Source: Gammaproteobacteria bacterium
GTDB lineage: Bacteria; Pseudomonadota; Gammaproteobacteria; SZUA-152
Direction: 5' to 3'
DNA: 64,000 nucleotides
Assembly: GCA_024276955.1 (NCBI GenBank)
Contig: JAJRWE010000033.1
Span: forward strand, 54-64,053
Positions 10,366-21,604 of this stretch are shown here, in pieces (the first letter of the stretch is position 1; each line of letters begins with the position of its first letter). The translations under genes were made by a program, and so were the position numbers. The notes below the pieces were generated by a model, which saw nothing but the letters and a program-made list of their open reading frames with translations, ran no database searches and was not told the DNA's origin.

Positions 10366-10982
10366 CCAATATTTTCACAAAGCAATCCAACAGCTCGTTC
10401 AAGCGACCCAAAACACGGAACTTCAGCCCCTCTTAGCACAGGCAAATCTATTTTTCTGGTCATAATGAGTTGATCCATTGTGGGCTTATAACTCCTCCCA
10501 TCTGGAAAATTTTTGCTAAGCCATTCCTTTACGCCTCGACGGGCCTCCCATGATTCACCATCCCAACCAGTGCCAAGCATCAGCCCCGAACGCCCATCTG
10601 GAAAATTACCTGTCATCCGCTCAAGACACGGAAGAAAAAGAACCTCGTATTCAGGATGCAGGAGAACATATGCAACGGGGAACGGAAGATCCATGCCACG
10701 CAGAGAGCCAGCAATGCTCGGTGCAAGTTCCTTGGGACAGCCGTCATCTTCATCACGCAGAATGAGCAGGCCGCCTACATCCGATTTCCCTCTGATAAAA
10801 TCTGCGCCTCTTCGCACACCACCTCGACTTGATTCCCACTGGTGGAGATTTTGCCAACGTAACGGCGTAGACCAAGGATGAAAGCATTCCAAATCACGGG
10901 ACATCCTCGTCAATAGATTTTGAACCGCCTGCACCTCACCATGACCTTCTACAAGAACGTACAACTTCGACATATTTTTCAA
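10335..10982 (-). CDS. TOPRIM-like small protein (DUF4276-like), partner of the upstream ABC-type ATPase
   Basis: 215 aa; LYVLVEGHGEVQAV (TOPRIM Glu motif) and LLILRDEDDGCP (DxD motif); start overlaps the ATPase stop by 4 nt (ATGA); lower GC than flanking hsd genes. Confidence 0.6.
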   Translation of the reverse strand: MKNMSKLYVLVEGHGEVQAVQNLLTRMSRDLECFHPWSTPLRWQNLHQWESSRGGVRRGADFIRGKSDVGGLLILRDEDDGCPKELAPSIAGSLRGMDLPFPVAYVLLHPEYEVLFLPCLERMTGNFPDGRSGLMLGTGWDGESWEARRGVKEWLSKNFPDGRSYKPTMDQLIMTRKIDLPVLRGAEVPCFGSLERAVGLLCENIGCPRHVYPEV

Positions 10983-12160
10983 TCCAGAGGAAGTGAAAGT
11001 TGAAGGTCACCAGAAATCATGATTTCTCCTAGTGTCAAAAGTTGATTTCGTACTGCATCGATATGCCCAGTAGACAACGGACATACAGAGGTAACGGCAC
11101 CACTGCGCTGAATGACAAAAACATTACTATCATCAAGATCAATATAATCGAGAAGAATTGGGCTATGAGTGGTTACGAATATCTGGGATCGAGCACTTGC
11201 CTCATTTAAATAGTCGTAAATAAGTGGAAGCGCCCCAGGATGCACTGTCAACTCAGGCTCCTCTATCCCAATAACCGTTAGCGCAGGCTTTTGTAACAAA
11301 GCTATCAGCAGACCTGCAACACGCAATGTTCCATCTGACTCAAGGTCAGCACCAAACCATTTTTTTGCTTTCTCTCCACGTGCCTTGTGATGGAATTGCG
11401 TAATCAGGAACCCTGATGCCTTTGCTACCTTAATATCGTCAATATCACCTGTAAGCTTTTCCAGTGCTGATACCAAATCTGGTTTCCAACCACTCTTTTC
11501 CTGCTGGTGGAGACTGGAGACCCAATTTTCACCACGAGGCTGCATTGGTGTCTCATTGCTATATTTCTGGGGTTCACGAAGCACATCAGGATAAATAGAA
11601 TAGACCATCATATTCGCCAGAAACTCCCATAACGGCTTGATCCGCGCATCTCCACCGAGAGACGTAACAGCTAAACTCTGACTGTCAATATTTGGACGCA
11701 AGTTCTCTGGTCCTTTCCATTCACCAGCATCAACAGAAAATGCTGTGGTTTCGCCTGAAATATTCAGGCTGCCCCACTCTTTCTTAACCCGGTATTCCTC
11801 ACCACGGTCACCAGTAATCTCAAATCCGTAGCAAACTTCACCATTCTCGAGCGAAGCCTCAATCTCAATTCTGACATTCCTGGGATGACCGCTACTATGC
11901 CTCCGTACTGATTCAATACCATTATTATTTGTGATAGCTCCTGGAAGGCCCATGCGAACAGCCTCTCGAACAAAGGTCAAGGCCCGAAGTACATTACTTT
12001 TCCCACTGCCATTGGCGCCAACGAGAAAATTAAGACGTCCCGGCCTGATGTCGACACTGGCGCCAATACTTCTGAAATTCGATAGGGTTAGCTTAGTTAT
12101 CATGGGATACTCCAAATATTCAAAGTGCTTTGCCTGGATTGCAAATACATATTGTGACAC
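10979..12160 (-). CDS. ABC-type (AAA_21/AAA_15-like, OLD/AriA-like) ATPase
   Basis: 393 aa (likely start MITKLTLSNFRSIG); Walker A LVGANGSGKSN, signature-like ESDGTLRVAGLL, Walker B/D-loop TVIGIEEPELTVHP, H-loop VTTHSP; no transmembrane domain. Confidence 0.8.
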   Translation of the reverse strand: MSQYVFAIQAKHFEYLEYPMITKLTLSNFRSIGASVDIRPGRLNFLVGANGSGKSNVLRALTFVREAVRMGLPGAITNNNGIESVRRHSSGHPRNVRIEIEASLENGEVCYGFEITGDRGEEYRVKKEWGSLNISGETTAFSVDAGEWKGPENLRPNIDSQSLAVTSLGGDARIKPLWEFLANMMVYSIYPDVLREPQKYSNETPMQPRGENWVSSLHQQEKSGWKPDLVSALEKLTGDIDDIKVAKASGFLITQFHHKARGEKAKKWFGADLESDGTLRVAGLLIALLQKPALTVIGIEEPELTVHPGALPLIYDYLNEASARSQIFVTTHSPILLDYIDLDDSNVFVIQRSGAVTSVCPLSTGHIDAVRNQLLTLGEIMISGDLQLSLPLD

Positions 12161-12167
12161 TTATTTG

Positions 12168-13373
12168 TCATGACATGGGGATGCGGCCATTCATCAGGCG
12201 TGGCAGGAGAAGATCACGGACTTTCATCAACTTGACATTCATACTTTGCAAGGCCTCAATCTGGTCAAAGAGCGGACATACTGACTCTGAGAATAGATAT
12301 AATAATCCCTTTGTCGGCAATACCATTTCAAAAGCCTTTATTACTTGTTGGCTGATATTGTTTTGTGCAGCCCCTTGCCCCAAGCCAACAAGGTCCGCTT
12401 TGTGGTGATTGAAGAAAAGATAAGCATGCGCATATGTCACCCCAGGCACTAAGGGAGTTACAGCGCAACAAGCCTGATTTGAGGCCGACGGAACAGAAAG
12501 GATTGCCGTTTGCCCTATCGTCGCTCCATACATGGCAACCAATACAGTATGCCGAGGAAACAGTTTTGCCGACGAAGACTTGATAGCTTCTTCAGTAATT
12601 CTTTCTTCAGTGGACAAAATAAAGCCGCCAGTCAACTCTCGGGTCTTCACCCATGGAACGTCACCCGAATAGAAATCTGGTTTTTTCCTGCTTGGCGTTC
12701 CACCGGATGCGGTTGAATAAAAATCGGAAACTACACCTTCCTCCCACCCCTCCGGTACGCCGTTTTTGATTTTGACGTGTTCGTGGCCGGGGAAGCGGAG
12801 GTGGACGAACCATTCCTTGTAGAGCAGCCGTGCGGCCTGTTCCAGCAACTGTATCCGCCGCTGGTTGTTTTCGATCAGATTGTCGTAGGTGGATAGGACA
12901 TCTGCAATCTGCCGCTGCTCTGTGACAGGCGGAATCGGAAACTTCAGGGACAGAAGCTTTCCCTGACTTAAATTATCTTGGGCAGCACCCTGGGTGAATT
13001 GCTTAAACTGCTTTTTAAGCATCGCATCGAACAAGTACTTAACGAATCTTGCATCAGCCTTTCCCTCATCTGGGATAAAACCAATGACACTGTCGGGAAA
13101 GCAGGCGTCAATTCCAAGGATTGCTGTGTCGGCAATGTTCGCGGCAATGGTGATACATAATGTCCCCGGCGGCCACATACGGCTTTGTGCAAGCCCAGCC
13201 TCACTATATGTCTGCGAGTGTTCATTTAGGTACAGACCAGCGTGTTTAACGTCTCCGGTCTGAACAAAAGGGTGCGCCCCTCCATACAAGTGAGCGGCAT
13301 CACGGGGACGATGACGTGACCGCCCTCGACTGACAAAGCCCAGTTCATCAAGGCTTTGAGGCTGCCATGTCAT
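12168..13373 (-). CDS. hsdS: Type I restriction-modification specificity subunit HsdS
   Basis: 401 aa; two target-recognition domains separated by conserved central helical repeats (TEQRQIADVLSTYDNLIENNQRRIQLLEQAARLLYKEWFVHLRFPGHE); start overlaps the hsdM stop (ATGA). Confidence 0.88.
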   Translation of the reverse strand: MTWQPQSLDELGFVSRGRSRHRPRDAAHLYGGAHPFVQTGDVKHAGLYLNEHSQTYSEAGLAQSRMWPPGTLCITIAANIADTAILGIDACFPDSVIGFIPDEGKADARFVKYLFDAMLKKQFKQFTQGAAQDNLSQGKLLSLKFPIPPVTEQRQIADVLSTYDNLIENNQRRIQLLEQAARLLYKEWFVHLRFPGHEHVKIKNGVPEGWEEGVVSDFYSTASGGTPSRKKPDFYSGDVPWVKTRELTGGFILSTEERITEEAIKSSSAKLFPRHTVLVAMYGATIGQTAILSVPSASNQACCAVTPLVPGVTYAHAYLFFNHHKADLVGLGQGAAQNNISQQVIKAFEMVLPTKGLLYLFSESVCPLFDQIEALQSMNVKLMKVRDLLLPRLMNGRIPMS

Positions 13374-15277
13374 ACCCCCAACTCCTCAAAATTCCTTTTG
13401 ATCGTCGCAGCCAACGTGACGGCCTCGACATTGAGGTCTTCCAGCTCGACGTGGATTTCGCGCAGGGTTTCTTCGAAGTCGAAGTCTTCGTCGACTTCCT
13501 CGGGGGCGACGCCGACGTAGCGGCCGGGGGTGAGGCTCCAGTCGTTGGCTTCGATCTCTTTGATGTCCACGAGCTTGACCAGCCCTTCCACATCGCGCAG
13601 CTTGGCCTCGGGGAAATGTTCGGTGAGCCAGTGGGCCTGTTTCCAGAAGTAGCGCACCTGCTTGAGTTGCTCGACGGCGCGTTGGCGGGCTTCGTCGGCG
13701 GCCTTGCGGGCGCGGGTGATGTCGCGGGTGTTGAACCCCGGATTCCGCTTCGCTTCATCCAGGCTACGCCCCTTCCGAGCGATTTCATCGATCAGACGGG
13801 TGGCGAGTTTGTAGATGAGGTCGGTCTGTTTGATGAGGTCGCGGCTGGCCTCGCTCATGGGTTCAAACTGGGCGATGAGTTTGCACAATGCGGCGTTGCT
13901 GTCCGGTGCGGCCTGCCATTGCCGGGCGGCCTTGTCTGCACGTTTGCGAAACTGTTCGATGTCCTGCGCGAAGACTGCGAAGGCCTTGTCCAGCTCACCG
14001 GTGGCATCCGTTACTCTCACCTCCGCCCCCTCACTCGGTGAGAACGCGGCATCCTTTGGCAGGCTGTCCAGAATTGGCGCGAGGATTTTGCGCAGGGCCT
14101 TGAGTGCCTCGGCGTAGTCTGGCAGTGGCCGGGCGCTCTGTCCGGTTTCGTCTTCCCATGCCAGGCAGGCCTGTGCCTCGTCGGCGACATTGCCGAGGTA
14201 TTGCGAAACCAGCTGCAAGTAGCGTTCGCCTTCGCCCCGATGGAGCCAGACGATGGCCAGCAGGTTTTGCTGTTGTTCGGGGGAGAAGTCGTAGATCTTG
14301 CGCGTGACCTTGCGGTAGACGTTGCGTGCGTCGATCATCAGGACGTTGCCCCTGTGATTCGGAGCAACACCACCCTCACCCCTGCCCTCGGCTTTGGCCT
14401 CCTGCACCGCCCTAGCTCCTCCACCCCTGGAGTCGTCTCCCTGAGGGAGAGGGGGTCTATTGCGATCGAGGAACCACAGCTCGCAGGGCACAGTGCGGGT
14501 GTAGAAGAAGTTGGAGCGGATGGCGATCATGGCGTCGACGTCGCCAGTCTCGACCAGTTTCTGCCGCAGTTTCGCCTCACCGCCACCGGCGCTGGAGGCC
14601 TGCGATGACATGACGAATCCGGCGCGGCCCTGTTCACTCAGGTAGCTGTAGAAGTAGCTGATCCAGACGTAGTTGCCGTTGCTGACCTTGCCCTTTTTGT
14701 TGACGCCGGGCAGGCCGAAGGGCAGGCGCGGGTCGGACTTGATCTTGTCGGCGTCGATCTCGTCCACGTTGAAGGGCGGGTTGGCCATCACGTAGTCGGC
14801 CTTGCCGAGCAGTTCGTGCGGGTCTTCGTAATAGGTGATGGCCTTTTGGATATCGCCTTCCAGACCGTGCACGGCGAGGTTCATCTTGGCCAGGCGGATG
14901 GTGGTGGCGTTCTTTTCCAGGCCGCGGAAGGTGAGCTTTTCCGTGGGGCTGTCGCCGTGTTCCTCGACGATGCGCGCACTCTGCACGAACATGCCGCCGG
15001 AGCCGCAGGCCGGGTCCAGCACGGTGCCGCGTTCGGGGTCGAGCACGTGGGCGATCAGCGAGACCAGCGACACGGGTGTGAAGAACTCGCCGCCGTCGTG
15101 GGCGCCCTGATCCGCGAATTGGGTGAGGAAGTATTCGTTGCTGGCGTAGTTGGAATTGGCACGCAGGTTATCGGCGGCACTCCAGAGGCGTTTTTCGATA
15201 GCTTCGATGTGTTCGAGCTGTGACACTTTTATGGCGATCCTTTTTCGTTTGCTGGCTTTGAAATTCGCTGATATCAA
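13370..15277 (-). CDS. hsdM: Type I restriction-modification N6-adenine DNA methyltransferase HsdM
   Basis: 635 aa; HsdM N-domain (IEKRLWSAADNLR), AdoMet motif I (VLDPACGSGGMF), motif IV (MANPPFN); carries a ~30 aa Gly/Arg-rich low-complexity insertion after the LWFLDRNRP block. Confidence 0.9.
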   Translation of the reverse strand: MISANFKASKRKRIAIKVSQLEHIEAIEKRLWSAADNLRANSNYASNEYFLTQFADQGAHDGGEFFTPVSLVSLIAHVLDPERGTVLDPACGSGGMFVQSARIVEEHGDSPTEKLTFRGLEKNATTIRLAKMNLAVHGLEGDIQKAITYYEDPHELLGKADYVMANPPFNVDEIDADKIKSDPRLPFGLPGVNKKGKVSNGNYVWISYFYSYLSEQGRAGFVMSSQASSAGGGEAKLRQKLVETGDVDAMIAIRSNFFYTRTVPCELWFLDRNRPPLPQGDDSRGGGARAVQEAKAEGRGEGGVAPNHRGNVLMIDARNVYRKVTRKIYDFSPEQQQNLLAIVWLHRGEGERYLQLVSQYLGNVADEAQACLAWEDETGQSARPLPDYAEALKALRKILAPILDSLPKDAAFSPSEGAEVRVTDATGELDKAFAVFAQDIEQFRKRADKAARQWQAAPDSNAALCKLIAQFEPMSEASRDLIKQTDLIYKLATRLIDEIARKGRSLDEAKRNPGFNTRDITRARKAADEARQRAVEQLKQVRYFWKQAHWLTEHFPEAKLRDVEGLVKLVDIKEIEANDWSLTPGRYVGVAPEEVDEDFDFEETLREIHVELEDLNVEAVTLAATIKRNFEELGV

Positions 15278-15429
15278 AATCGTTGGGTATGTTTTCCGGG
15301 CAGTGTGACGTTATATGGGCAAATGGTCATTCTGAGATTCTGCACAGGTCGCTTCAGCATATATCGAAAAGCCGCCACTGTGGTCGAAAATGACTGCACG
15401 GACAGGCGACACATCGAAAATTTTACCCT

Positions 15430-16173
15430 TCAGATTTTTATAACCCAGCCAGGCCTGAAGTCCGGGTTCAGTGCCTCTGGGGCATAGCCACGCGGGTTGC
15501 AGACCACCCGCGTGCCATAAACCTCGTAATCAAAGGAATCATGCGTATGCCCGTGAACCCACAATGCTGCGCGGTCGCCATCCATGAGATTCTCGAGGTT
15601 GCTGGCGAAGGCCGGGGTCAACAGGTCGCGCGCGAATCTTGGATGCACTGACCGAGATGAAGGGGCATGGTGGGTAACCACCACCGTCTTGCCGGCAAAG
15701 GGTTCTGCCAGCATGATGGCCAGCCAGTCCCGGCTTGCTGTGTGCAGCCTGATGGCGTCCTCGGGCGTGAACCGCTGCCCATGATGTTGAATGATGGAAA
15801 AGTCCGTCATCTGTTGCCGCGCCTGCTGCATGGCAAAAAACCTGTCCGCCTCACCAAACAGGGCGAAGTCCGTCCACAGGATACTGCCCAGGAATCGTAC
15901 GTCGTCAATGATGACCTGATCGTCGTTCAGTACGTGAACGTTATCGGCTGTCTCTGACTTCAACGCATCAATCAGCGCAATATCATGATGGTAGAACTCG
16001 TGGTTCCCAGGCACGTAGATGACGGGCCGGTCCGGGAATCGAGCTTCTGCCCAGCGCAGGCCACCCATACCCACACCAATATCGCCTGCAAGGATGACCA
16101 CATCGGCATCGGTTGCCGGTGGCTCGAAATTATCGAACTCAATGTGCAGGTCATTCAGGATGTGGAGCTTCAC
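15430..16173 (-). CDS. Metallophosphoesterase (calcineurin-like phosphoesterase)
   Basis: 247 aa; metal-binding motifs DLHIE, GDIG, GNHEF, GHTH. Confidence 0.75.
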   Translation of the reverse strand: MKLHILNDLHIEFDNFEPPATDADVVILAGDIGVGMGGLRWAEARFPDRPVIYVPGNHEFYHHDIALIDALKSETADNVHVLNDDQVIIDDVRFLGSILWTDFALFGEADRFFAMQQARQQMTDFSIIQHHGQRFTPEDAIRLHTASRDWLAIMLAEPFAGKTVVVTHHAPSSRSVHPRFARDLLTPAFASNLENLMDGDRAALWVHGHTHDSFDYEVYGTRVVCNPRGYAPEALNPDFRPGWVIKI

Positions 16174-16730
16174 GGTACAACCTTATCACCCAACAAATAC
16201 CATGCGTACTTTGCAAGTGCTGAGCGCCAGAAATCTGAAACCACCGGGAGGGGAAAGGGGGCGGGGGTCAGCGTAGACCTACGTACTACGGCGAATTATA
16301 GACAATTCAGCCGGCACAAGTGGCTCTTGAGGTGGGCATGACAGAGCCACATTTCTGAGATAAGTGGTAGGCCCACAGGGTTCTTACCAAGACCTCAACC
16401 CGTTCAACAGCGTCCATAATTAACAGTCGCAATTCCCGATCAAAGACATAAAGGTCTACGACCTAAATGGCACTGACTTAAGGCAATAAGTACATATAAT
16501 CCACTAGGTTGAGCAAAGCTACCGCGTCCTGCTATCGCTCCTCGCCTAAGAGCGCCTACTTTTGGTGCCTACATCCATGTATGCAAAGCGTAGCGTGCCC
16601 AACATCTCCATGCATTCCGTTGGGCACGTCGCTATCGCTCCTTTGCCCAACCTACATACTGTCAGTACAAAAGCCAGAGGCCACGTATACCCTTCACATC
16701 CCTGCTTACCGAGCGATACAAACGACACTA

Positions 16731-16760
16731 AAAAGCCCGCACGAGGCGGGCTTTGAGTAT
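16731..16760 (-). terminator. Rho-independent terminator downstream of the tRNA
   Basis: Minus strand reads aagcccgcctcgtgcgggc followed by ttttt. Confidence 0.5.
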
Positions 16761-16771
16761 TGCCGTCTTTA

Positions 16772-16848
<77 letters not shown>

Positions 16849-16887
16849 GGTAACGAACAAATGCGTCGAGCTTTCGTTTCATCAACA

Positions 16888-18747
<1,860 letters not shown>

Positions 18748-18821
18748 CTATAAAAAATAGCCGCGTATTATAACCTAATATCACAGGGATTTGCGACTGA
18801 TTTAAAACACCCTGCGGCAGG

Positions 18822-20618
18822 TCAAGCGCCACTGCCACTTTTGGCGGCAAGAGATTGCTTCAATTGATGTTTTTCCTCATCACTGAGGTCGCCAAGACGG
18901 GACTTCGCGAGCAGGCGATCCAGCGCCTGCTCATCACGCAAGGCGGCGATATGCGACATCACATCGCTAAACTCGACCGCCAGTCCGTCCTCTGGCACAT
19001 CGACCGGCGACTGCGCCAGGCGTGCGAGATGCCGGCCTTCGTCCTGGCCCCGCCAGTGCTCGAGAATGGCACCACACCTTAAATGTGGGCTGTCACGCAA
19101 TAAATCAATCATTGCCTGTAGCAGTGACACACCGGGTAATTCGAGCCCCCGCAGGGCATCAAGTTCCGTCAGGCCTTCAGCCAGTTGCGGACGCTGCAAG
19201 AGCAGACGGATCGCACGGCGCACGGGCGAAGTGCCCGCCACCGGCGCACTGCGCCTGGGCGCCGCCGCCGGACGGGGGACGCCGGTCAGATCGGCCAGCG
19301 CTGCGGCATCGAGCCGGGCGATCTCCGCCAACTGCGTCGCCATCATGTGCCGAAACACACCCTGCGGCAGCTTTTTCAGCAGCGGCCGCGCCTGCTCCAC
19401 CAATTGCGCGCGGCCATCGATAGAGCCTAAATCGACCCTGCCCGATAAAGCATCAAAGAAATAGTTGGAAAATGGGCTGGCGTTCTCCAAACGCTGTTCA
19501 AAACCGGCCTGCCCTTCCTTGCGCACCAGGCTGTCCGGGTCTTCGCCATCGGGCAGAAACATGAAGCGGACCTGCCGACCCTCACTCAGCACCGGCAGGG
19601 CATTTTCCAATGCCCGCCAAGCAGCCTCCCGCCCGGCACGGTCGCCATCGAAACAAAACACCACCTGCGGAACAACACGAAACAGACGCTGCAAATGTTC
19701 CGCCGTGGTGGCCGTGCCGAGGGTGGCAACCACATTGCGCACGCCGAACTGCGCCAGCGACACCACGTCCATGTAGCCCTCCACCACCAGCAGGCGCTCC
19801 AGCTTGCGCACCGCCTTGCGCGCCTGGTAAAGACCATACAGCTCGCTGCCTTTATGAAACACCGGGGTCTCCGGCGAATTGAGGTATTTGGGCCCGGTCG
19901 CTCCCGCCGTCCTGGCTCCTGCGACATTCGCACCTCCCTGTGCATCATCTTCGCCGCCCATGACACGCCCGCCAAAGCCGATCACCCGGCCCCGGCGGTA
20001 ACGGATGGGAAACATGATACGCTCACGGAAGCGGTCATAGTGGCCGCCGTTGTCCCTGCGAATCAGCATGCCGGCCGTCAGCAGCCGCTCGGCCTTGACG
20101 CCCAGCGCGGCGGTCAGATTGTCCCAACCGGGCGGAGCGAAGCCCAGCTCGAACTCGGCGGCAATCTCACCGCTCAGGCCGCGCCCCTTGAGGTAGTCCT
20201 GTGCACGCTGTGCCTGCGGATGTTGGCGCAGCTGCTGACGGTAGTAATCGGCAGCCTTGCCCAACAGCTCGTACAAATCCTGATTATCGCGATCCGCTGA
20301 CGGCACCGACGAGCCGGCCTCGCGCGGCACCTCCAATGCGACCAAACCCGCTAGCTCCTCCACCGCCTCGACAAAGCCCATGTGCTCATATTCCATCAGA
20401 AAACCGATGGCCGAACCATGTACGCCACAGCCGAAACAGTGATAGAACTGCTTTTCGCGACTCACCGTGAACGACGGGGTCTTTTCGTTGTGGAAGGGGC
20501 AACAGGCGGTATATTCGCGGCCGGCCTTTCTCAGCGCCACGCGACCATCGATGACGTCGACAATATCGACGCGGGTCAGCAGTTCATCAATGAAATGGGG
20601 GGGGATGCGGCCAGCCAT
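18822..20618 (-). CDS. dnaG: DNA primase DnaG
   Basis: 598 aa; zinc-ribbon CCPFHNEKTPSFTVSREKQFYHCFGCG; TOPRIM core EGYMDVVSL...FDGDRAG. Confidence 0.95.
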   Translation of the reverse strand: MAGRIPPHFIDELLTRVDIVDVIDGRVALRKAGREYTACCPFHNEKTPSFTVSREKQFYHCFGCGVHGSAIGFLMEYEHMGFVEAVEELAGLVALEVPREAGSSVPSADRDNQDLYELLGKAADYYRQQLRQHPQAQRAQDYLKGRGLSGEIAAEFELGFAPPGWDNLTAALGVKAERLLTAGMLIRRDNGGHYDRFRERIMFPIRYRRGRVIGFGGRVMGGEDDAQGGANVAGARTAGATGPKYLNSPETPVFHKGSELYGLYQARKAVRKLERLLVVEGYMDVVSLAQFGVRNVVATLGTATTAEHLQRLFRVVPQVVFCFDGDRAGREAAWRALENALPVLSEGRQVRFMFLPDGEDPDSLVRKEGQAGFEQRLENASPFSNYFFDALSGRVDLGSIDGRAQLVEQARPLLKKLPQGVFRHMMATQLAEIARLDAAALADLTGVPRPAAAPRRSAPVAGTSPVRRAIRLLLQRPQLAEGLTELDALRGLELPGVSLLQAMIDLLRDSPHLRCGAILEHWRGQDEGRHLARLAQSPVDVPEDGLAVEFSDVMSHIAALRDEQALDRLLAKSRLGDLSDEEKHQLKQSLAAKSGSGA

Positions 20619-20735
20619 GGGACTATGGTAGGCCCTTGCAAGAGGAATGTCTGTGCCTTATCAACGAACCGGGCCTCTCAACAACCCAATGGCAAATCCG
20701 TCGGAAAATACAGCCGCGGGGCAGCGCTCCGGGCA

Positions 20736-21197
20736 TCAGTTGCCGAGACGCGCCTTGAGCTTGGCGCTCACGGCACCCATGTCGGCTCGGCCCTGAACCC
20801 TGGGCTTGAGAATACCCATGGCCTTGCCCATTTCCTTCATGGAACTGGCGCCGCTGGCGGCGATGGCCTCGTCGATGAGGGCATCGAGTTCGTCGTCACT
20901 GAGCGCCTCGGGCAGGTAGGTCTGCAATACCGTGATCTCGAAGGATTCCTGATCCGCCAGGTCCTGGCGACCGGCCTCTTCGAACTGACGCACGGAGTCA
21001 CGGCGCTGCTTGACCATCTTGTCGAGTACCGCCAGTACCTGCGTATCATCCAGCTCCACGCGCTCATCCACTTCACGCTGTTTGATGGCGGCCAGCGCCA
21101 GACGCACCACGCCGAGGCGGGGCTTGTCCTTGTCGCGCATAGCCTGCTGCATGTCGGCGCTGAGCTGTTGCTTGAGTTCAGACATAAGAGGAGTCAA
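20736..21197 (-). CDS. GatB/YqeY domain-containing protein
   Basis: 153 aa (likely start MSELKQQL); LALAAIKQREVDERVELDDTQVLAVLDKMVKQRRDS typical of YqeY; located between rpsU and dnaG. Confidence 0.85.
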   Translation of the reverse strand: MTPLMSELKQQLSADMQQAMRDKDKPRLGVVRLALAAIKQREVDERVELDDTQVLAVLDKMVKQRRDSVRQFEEAGRQDLADQESFEITVLQTYLPEALSDDELDALIDEAIAASGASSMKEMGKAMGILKPRVQGRADMGAVSAKLKARLGN

Positions 21198-21204
21198 TCA
21201 GAAG

Positions 21205-21232
21205 AAGGGGAAAACCGCCCACGAAGGGGCGG
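21205..21232 (-). terminator. Possible hairpin/attenuator between rpsU and the yqeY-dnaG genes
   Basis: ccgccc-acgaag-gggcgg stem-loop followed on the minus strand by a T/C-rich run. Confidence 0.3.
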
Positions 21233-21241
21233 CCATCGAAA

Positions 21242-21457
21242 TCAGTACATGCGCTTGCGGCGTGTCACTTCGCGAGAGATCTTCTTCAGGTGACGCTTGA
21301 CGGCAGAGGCCATCTTGCGCTGGCGAGCCTGGGTGGGCTTTTCGTAGTATTCGCGACGACGAACTTCGGTGAGAACACCGGCCTTCTCGCAGGAACGCTT
21401 GAAACGACGCAGGGCGACGTCGAAGGGCTCGTTTTCTCTGACACGGACGTTTGGCAT
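21242..21457 (-). CDS. rpsU: 30S ribosomal protein S21
   Basis: 71 aa; [29 protein letters not shown]... Confidence 0.95.
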   Translation of the reverse strand: MPNVRVRENEPFDVALRRFKRSCEKAGVLTEVRRREYYEKPTQARQRKMASAVKRHLKKISREVTRRKRMY

Positions 21458-21604
21458 TTGTATTCCAATCCTTGCTGCTAACTAATGATAAAATTCGCTT
21501 TTCAATCCTGCGCCACGTCTGCCTACAAGGACACCCATGCGCGGGAGAACGCGGAATTCTAGCTGCATCAAGAGTGAAATGCAAAATTCTTGGAACCCCT
21601 TATT

